Origin: a virus
Lineage: Duplodnaviria; Caudoviricetes
Length of the DNA stretch: 60,860 nt
Virus record (IMG/VR): IMGVR_UViG_3300032320_000463
Location: 1 to 60,860 of that record
Strand: one strand, 5' to 3'
Every line of letters begins with the position of its first letter. Position 1 is the stretch's first letter. Of the stretch, positions 55,325 to 60,860 are shown in pieces. The notes beneath the pieces were generated by a model. The model worked only from the letters and a program-made list of their open reading frames with translations, was not told where the DNA came from and made no database searches. The position numbers and the translations under genes were made by a program.

Positions 55325-57859
55325 ATGGCAATCGAGAAGTCACTTTACGCAGCGCCGCAAGGTCTAGAGGAGTTGATGGCGCAAGATGCGGCGGCTCCTA
55401 AGATCGAGATTGAGATCGAAGATCCTGAGTCAGTGGATATAAATATAGGTGGTCTAAACATCCACATGGAGCCCGGAGAAGAGTCGGATGAAGACTTCAA
55501 CGCTAATCTGGCTGAATATATTAGTGAAGAGGTTTTGCAAAACCTTGCCTCTGAACTGATTAATGACTATGACGAAGATGTAGGCAGCCGCAAGGACTGG
55601 ATGCAGACTTACGTTGACGGCTTGGAATTGCTGGGTATGAAGCTCGAAGAGCGCACTGAACCTTGGGAAGGTGCGTGCGGTGTATACCACCCGATGCTGT
55701 CTGAAGCTCTGGTGAAGTTCCAGTCTGAAACCATGATGGCCACGTTTCCAGCTTCCGGCCCTGTGAAGACTCAGATTATTGGCAAAGAAACACCAGCCAA
55801 GAAAGAGTCCGCTCAGCGTGTTGCGGACGACATGAACTACCAGTTAACGGACGTGATGAAAGAGTACCGGCCTGAGCATGAGCGCATGTTGTGGGGCTTG
55901 GGTCTGTCTGGAAATGCATTTAAAAAGGTGTACTTTGACCCGTCGCTTGATCGTCAGGTATCGTACTTTGTTCCTGCGGAAGATATTGTGGTGCCTTACG
56001 GCGCATCTAATTTAGAGTCTTCTCCTCGCGTGACGCATGTGATGCGTAAGACTGAGAACGAGCTGCGCAAATTGCAAGTGGCGGGCTTTTATCGGGACAT
56101 TGATCTAGGCACACCTGAGAACGTGCTCGATGAAGTCGAGAAAAAGATCGCCGAAAAGATGGGCTTTAGAGCCACTGCTGATGATCGGTTCAAAGTCTTG
56201 GAAATGAACATAGACCTTGACCTTAAAGGCTACGAGCACAAAGACAAGGACGGCGAAGAGACTGGTATTGCACTACCTTACGTGGTGACTATTGAGAAAG
56301 GCACTAGCAATATTCTTGCGATTCGCCGCAACTGGGAGCCTGATGACGATACGTATGCCAAGCGCCAGCACTTTGTGCACTATGGCTACGTTCCGGGTTT
56401 TGGTTTTTATTGTTTTGGTTTGATTCACCTGATTGGTGCATTTGCTAAATCTGCTACTTCTACCATGCGTCAGCTTATTGATGCAGGTACGTTGAGCAAC
56501 CTACCCGGTGGTTTCAAAACCCGGGGTATGCGCGTCAAGGGAGACGATACGCCTATTGCTCCCGGTGAGTGGCGCGATGCGGACGTTGCCAGCGGTACGC
56601 TAAAAGATAACTTGTTGCCATTGCCATACAAAGAGCCCTCACAAGTTCTTGCTATATTGATGGACAAAGTTGTTGAGGAAGGCCGTCGCTTTGCCAACAC
56701 TGCGGATATGCAGATCAGCGACATGAGTGCTAACGCACCTGTGGGCACCACACTGGCAATCCTTGAGCGCACGCTGAAGAACATGTCGGCAATTCAAGCG
56801 CGTGTTCACTACAGCATGAAGCAGGAGCTGGGTCTTCTTAAGAAGATTATTGCGGACTACACGCCTGATGACTACGACTACCAGCCAGTTGAGGGTAGCC
56901 GCAAAGCCAAGAAGTCTGACTATGACGACGTGGATGTGATTCCGGTCAGTGATCCTAATGCGTCCACCATGGCGCAGAAGATTGTGCAGTATCAAGCGGT
57001 GTTGCAGTTGGCTCAAGGGGCTCCTCAGTTATATAACTTACCACTTCTACATCGTCAGATGTTAGATGTGTTGGGGATCAAAGACGCTAATAAGTTAGTG
57101 CCGATGGACGAGGATCAGAAACCTACCGATCCTGTGAGCGAGAACCAGAACGTACTGATGGGTAAACCTGTCAAGGCATTCTTGTATCAAGATCATCAGG
57201 CGCACATCATGGTGCATATGTCTGCAATGCAGGATCCGAAAATAATGCAGTTGCTACAGAACAACCCGATGGCTCAGCAGTTGCAGTCGGCCATGATGGC
57301 TCATATCAACGAGCACTTAGGGTTTGAGTACCGCCGTCAGATTGAGCAGCAGCTTGGCATGACCCTGCCGCCTCAGAAAGATGAGTCCGGTGAAGAGATG
57401 CACATGGAGCCGGAAGTAGAGGCAAGGCTTTCTCCCCTGTTGGCACAAGCAGCTCAAAGGCTATTGGCTCAGAACTCCCAGCAGGTTGCGCAGCAGCAAG
57501 CTCAACAGCAAGCCCAAGATCCTCTGGTGCAAATGCAACAACAAGAGTTGCAGCTCAAAGCGCAGGATCTCCAGCGTAAAGCCCAGAAAGATGCGGCTGA
57601 TATCAACCTCAAAGAGCAGCAACAGCAGATTGAGCGTGAGCGCATCCGGGCTCAGCAAGAGACTGAGGATAAGCGCATCAAAATTGACGCTATGAAAACC
57701 GCAGCAGAAATGCAGTACGACCGTCAACGTGAGATGACAAACCTCAGTGTAGATGTTCTTAAACACCTATCAAATAAACACGCTGAAGATCAGGGACGGG
57801 CGCAACAAGATCGTCAATCCATGCGTCAGGTTTTAGGTAACTTGAAAGGCAAACAATGA
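55325..57859 (+). CDS. Portal protein
   Basis: 844 aa after terL; GNAFKKVYFD, GFYCFGLIHL; Gln-rich C-terminal coiled coil. Confidence 0.9.
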   Translation: MAIEKSLYAAPQGLEELMAQDAAAPKIEIEIEDPESVDINIGGLNIHMEPGEESDEDFNANLAEYISEEVLQNLASELINDYDEDVGSRKDWMQTYVDGLELLGMKLEERTEPWEGACGVYHPMLSEALVKFQSETMMATFPASGPVKTQIIGKETPAKKESAQRVADDMNYQLTDVMKEYRPEHERMLWGLGLSGNAFKKVYFDPSLDRQVSYFVPAEDIVVPYGASNLESSPRVTHVMRKTENELRKLQVAGFYRDIDLGTPENVLDEVEKKIAEKMGFRATADDRFKVLEMNIDLDLKGYEHKDKDGEETGIALPYVVTIEKGTSNILAIRRNWEPDDDTYAKRQHFVHYGYVPGFGFYCFGLIHLIGAFAKSATSTMRQLIDAGTLSNLPGGFKTRGMRVKGDDTPIAPGEWRDADVASGTLKDNLLPLPYKEPSQVLAILMDKVVEEGRRFANTADMQISDMSANAPVGTTLAILERTLKNMSAIQARVHYSMKQELGLLKKIIADYTPDDYDYQPVEGSRKAKKSDYDDVDVIPVSDPNASTMAQKIVQYQAVLQLAQGAPQLYNLPLLHRQMLDVLGIKDANKLVPMDEDQKPTDPVSENQNVLMGKPVKAFLYQDHQAHIMVHMSAMQDPKIMQLLQNNPMAQQLQSAMMAHINEHLGFEYRRQIEQQLGMTLPPQKDESGEEMHMEPEVEARLSPLLAQAAQRLLAQNSQQVAQQQAQQQAQDPLVQMQQQELQLKAQDLQRKAQKDAADINLKEQQQQIERERIRAQQETEDKRIKIDAMKTAAEMQYDRQREMTNLSVDVLKHLSNKHAEDQGRAQQDRQSMRQVLGNLKGKQ

Positions 57860-58044
57860 ACGCATTTGAAATTCTTATCCAACAAGCGGATGAGAAAGTA
57901 ACTCAGATAAAGGACTGGCTGGCAGACGGCAAAGCCGATTCTTTTGAAGAGTACAAGAAACTGTGTGGTGAGGTTCGCGGTCTACTCATCATGCGGGGTT
58001 ACATACTAGACCTGAAACAAACCATGGAGAATTCGGATGACTGA
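57856..58044 (+). CDS. Small conserved head-module protein
   Basis: LADG...EEYKKLCGEVRGL. Confidence 0.7.
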   Translation: MNAFEILIQQADEKVTQIKDWLADGKADSFEEYKKLCGEVRGLLIMRGYILDLKQTMENSDD

Positions 58045-58459
58045 ATCAATTTTGTTGGCTACAGACGCCAACAACCCCCAAGTTGTGGGAGCCTACAACT
58101 TCACTGCCACCGCAGAGGAGAAAGGCAAACAACTACCCAAGCCATCAGGCTATCGCATTCTTTGCGCCATTCCGGAAGTGGAGCGAGAGTACGAAGACAG
58201 CGGTTTAATTAAAGCAGATGAAACCATACGCAACGAAGAAACCCTCACAACGGTTTTATTTGTTGTTGATATGGGGCCAGATTGCTACAAAGACGAGAAA
58301 CGGTTCCCAACAGGGCCATGGTGTGCAAAGGGTGATTTTGTCCTTGTGCGTCCCCATGCGGGTACACGTTTGGTCATCCATGGCCGAGAGTTCCGGATTA
58401 TCAATGATGATTCGGTCGAGGGGGTAGTAGACGACCCTCGTGGTATTAAACGTAAATAG
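58037..58459 (+). CDS. groES: Co-chaperonin GroES
   Basis: PSGYRIL...SGLI...VVDMG...KGDFVL...GT...IINDDSVEGVV. Confidence 0.85.
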   Translation: MTESILLATDANNPQVVGAYNFTATAEEKGKQLPKPSGYRILCAIPEVEREYEDSGLIKADETIRNEETLTTVLFVVDMGPDCYKDEKRFPTGPWCAKGDFVLVRPHAGTRLVIHGREFRIINDDSVEGVVDDPRGIKRK

Positions 58460-58470
58460 AGGAGCACAAA

Positions 58471-59433
58471 ATGCCTTTAGATCAAGACGAATTTAAGTTT
58501 CCTGACGAAGTAGAACAGGAGACTAAGGGTAAACCCGTAGGGAATGCGGCACCCGAAATTGAAATTGAGGTTGAAGACGATACCCCTACAGAGGATCGTG
58601 GTCGTCAACCCCTTCCAAAACCTTTAGTTGAGGAGCTGGAAAGGGACGAATTAGATCAATACGACGACACTGTTAAGACCAAACTTAAACAGATGCGTAA
58701 GGTTTGGCACGATGAGCGGCGTGAGAAAGAAGCCGCTTTACGCGAACACCAAGAAACACTTTCTGTAGCCCAAAAGCTACTCCAAGAAAACCAGCGCATT
58801 AAACAAATTCTGACATCCGGCGAGAAGGAGTATGTCTCGACGATTCAGAGTAATGCGTCAATGGAACTGGATATAGCCAAGCGAGCCTATAAAGAAGCCT
58901 ACGATTCCGGTGATTCGGACAAGATGGTTGATGCTCAGCAGGCTATGCAGGAAGCAAACCTGAAACTAATGCAGGCAAAAAACTTTCGTATGCCCTCTTT
59001 ACAAGAGGAACAATATGAAGTACAACCCGCACAACAGCAGTATCAACCTGCTCCTAGAGTAGACAGTAGAGCTGAAGCGTGGCAAGAGCGCAACAGTTGG
59101 TTTGGTCAAAATAAGAGTATGACGGCATACGCTTTAGGTTTACATCAAGAACTTAAAGATAACGGTGTGCCACTTGGTTCTGATGATTATTACAACGCCT
59201 TGGACAGAACAATGCGTAAACGGTTCCCTGATGCCTTTGGTATTGAGGAACCAGAGCAAGGTCGTGAGCAGCCTCGGGCAAAACCCGCGACTGTTGTGGC
59301 TCCGGCAACGCGCAGTACGGCCTCCAATAAGGTCAAACTAAAGCAAAGCCAAATGAATACGATCAAAAAACTTGGAATCACTCCTGAAATGTATGTGAAG
59401 GAATTCCTTAAAGTGGAGGCCCAAAATGGCTGA
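58471..59433 (+). CDS. Putative scaffolding protein
   Basis: Acidic N-terminus, coiled coil, N.WFG, C-terminal KLGITPEMY. Confidence 0.7.
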   Translation: MPLDQDEFKFPDEVEQETKGKPVGNAAPEIEIEVEDDTPTEDRGRQPLPKPLVEELERDELDQYDDTVKTKLKQMRKVWHDERREKEAALREHQETLSVAQKLLQENQRIKQILTSGEKEYVSTIQSNASMELDIAKRAYKEAYDSGDSDKMVDAQQAMQEANLKLMQAKNFRMPSLQEEQYEVQPAQQQYQPAPRVDSRAEAWQERNSWFGQNKSMTAYALGLHQELKDNGVPLGSDDYYNALDRTMRKRFPDAFGIEEPEQGREQPRAKPATVVAPATRSTASNKVKLKQSQMNTIKKLGITPEMYVKEFLKVEAQNG

Positions 59434-59875
59434 AAATAGACTTGCTAGAGAACTTGAAACACGTGCGATAGTGGAGCGTCCTAAGCAGTGGATGCAACCT
59501 GAATTGTTGCCTGAGCCAGACAAACAGGCTGGGTATAGATATCGCTGGATTCGTGTTTCGACGAATAACTTGGCGGATCCCCGTAACCTATCGGCCAAAC
59601 TCCGTGAAGGTTGGGAGCCAGTTCCCGTCGAAGAACAACCCAAATTTAGACTGTTAGCTGATCCCAATAGTCGTTTTAAAGACAACATTGAGGTTGGCGG
59701 TCTATTGCTTTGCAAGACACCTGCTGAGTTTGTCCAACAGCGGAATGATCATTTCGCCAAGGTAACCCAATCTCAGACGGAGGCTGTGGACAATAGTTTC
59801 ATGCGTCAAAGCGATGCGCGGATGCCGCTCTTCCAAGAGCGTAAGTCCTCAGCTAGTTTTGGCAAAGGTACTTAA
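59426..59875 (+). CDS. Conserved head-module protein
   Basis: YRWIR...LREGWEPV...GGLLLCK. Confidence 0.7.
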   Translation: MAENRLARELETRAIVERPKQWMQPELLPEPDKQAGYRYRWIRVSTNNLADPRNLSAKLREGWEPVPVEEQPKFRLLADPNSRFKDNIEVGGLLLCKTPAEFVQQRNDHFAKVTQSQTEAVDNSFMRQSDARMPLFQERKSSASFGKGT

Positions 59876-59894
59876 ATCTTTATAGGAGTCTTTT

Positions 59895-60719
59895 ATGGCT
59901 TATCCCACCATCGACGCCCCTTACGGCGTCAAACCGGTCAACTTGATCGGTGGACAGGTATTTGCGGGTTCTACTCGTAATCTACCTATTCAGTACAACT
60001 ATGGCACTCCGTTGTATTACGGTGACCTAGTTACTTTGTTGGCTGGTTATGTTGTGATTGCAACTTATCCTGTTAGCACCACCAATACTACGGTCGGTGT
60101 TTTCTTGGGTTGCTATTACACAAACCCTACAACTAAGCAACGTCAGTTTTCACAGTACTACCCCGGCAACGTAACTGCTGGTGACATTACTGCGATCATC
60201 GGTGACGATCCTGACCAAGTGATGAAAGTCGCTGTTACTACTACCGCTAGTGGTGTAATTATTGGTTCAGCCTCTTCAATTCTAGTTGGCGCTAACATGG
60301 CTGGCGGCACACAAACTGGCTCTGCATCTACTGGTAACAGTAGCATGTCTGTTGTTGGTGCGTCTGCTACTACCTCTGGTGGTGGCTTCCGTGTATTGAA
60401 CTTGGTTCCCGATACACAAATCAGTTTGTCAAGCACGTATGTGTCTGGTGGCGCTCCTTCAGCAACTTCTGTTGTTGTTTCTGGTTTGCCAGTCGGCGCG
60501 TTCTTGCCAATCGGTACTGACGTGTATAACTTGGTAAATGGTCAGTTGCAATTCACAGGTTCTACCTTGAGTGCTGCTTCTACCGTGACAACCACTGGTA
60601 ATACAACTCTTACTGTGACTTCGATTGCAACTCAAGTCGCCGGTACTGTTGTGTTGGTCGAAACCCCCGAAGTGTTGGTTAAGTTCAACTTCGGCGCACA
60701 TCGCTATTACGTAGCATAA
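59895..60719 (+). CDS. Putative minor capsid / cement protein
   Basis: APYGVKP...GDLV...GVFLGCYY; immediately upstream of capsid gene. Confidence 0.6.
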   Translation: MAYPTIDAPYGVKPVNLIGGQVFAGSTRNLPIQYNYGTPLYYGDLVTLLAGYVVIATYPVSTTNTTVGVFLGCYYTNPTTKQRQFSQYYPGNVTAGDITAIIGDDPDQVMKVAVTTTASGVIIGSASSILVGANMAGGTQTGSASTGNSSMSVVGASATTSGGGFRVLNLVPDTQISLSSTYVSGGAPSATSVVVSGLPVGAFLPIGTDVYNLVNGQLQFTGSTLSAASTVTTTGNTTLTVTSIATQVAGTVVLVETPEVLVKFNFGAHRYYVA

Positions 60720-60731
60720 GGAGCTTAAATC

Positions 60732-60860
60732 ATGGCAATTTCACGCGCACAACTATTGAAAGAGCTGCTCCCCGGTCTGAACGCTTTGTTCGGTCTGGAG
60801 TATGCCAAGTACGGCGAAGAGCACAAAGAGATCTACGAAACAGAGACATCTGAGCGTAGC
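60732..60860 (+). CDS. Major capsid protein, 5' end (continues at 124-903)
   Basis: SD AAGGAG; ATGGCAATTTCACGC. Confidence 0.9.
   Translation, partial: MAISRAQLLKELLPGLNALFGLEYAKYGEEHKEIYETETSERS
60738..60860. repeat. 123-bp direct repeat, right copy
   Basis: Identical to 1-123. Confidence 0.97.

Overview
The window is a complete, circularly permuted genome of a tailed dsDNA phage with podovirus-like organisation. Unique length is 60,737 bp: bases 1-123 recur at 60738-60860 inside the major capsid gene, most likely an assembly overlap. The + strand arm (53142 through the wrap to 32711) is the late module: terminases, portal, GroES, scaffold, capsid, small basic proteins, tail and fibre genes, three paralogous 7-blade beta-propeller adhesins, a glycosyltransferase-methyltransferase fusion, lysis genes and ejection proteins. 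The - strand arm (52744 to 32801) holds early and replication genes: AAA+/vWA pair, PolA, nucleases, SNF2 helicase, SSB and primase-helicase. Gene content recalls HTVC023P-type aquatic podoviruses (recollection, not a search). I found no integrase, tRNA, CRISPR or reverse transcriptase. The main unexplained signals are: a double-pseudoknot leader RNA after the capsid gene; a Phi-x-x-G-G motif shared by nine probable internal virion proteins; an unannotated 38-aa plug-and-socket adaptor peptide in the adhesin module; six copies of a 17-bp palindrome in the early region; a dyad-symmetric origin candidate; and an rrn-type boxA followed by a long ORF-poor leader. All product calls come from motif recognition by eye.
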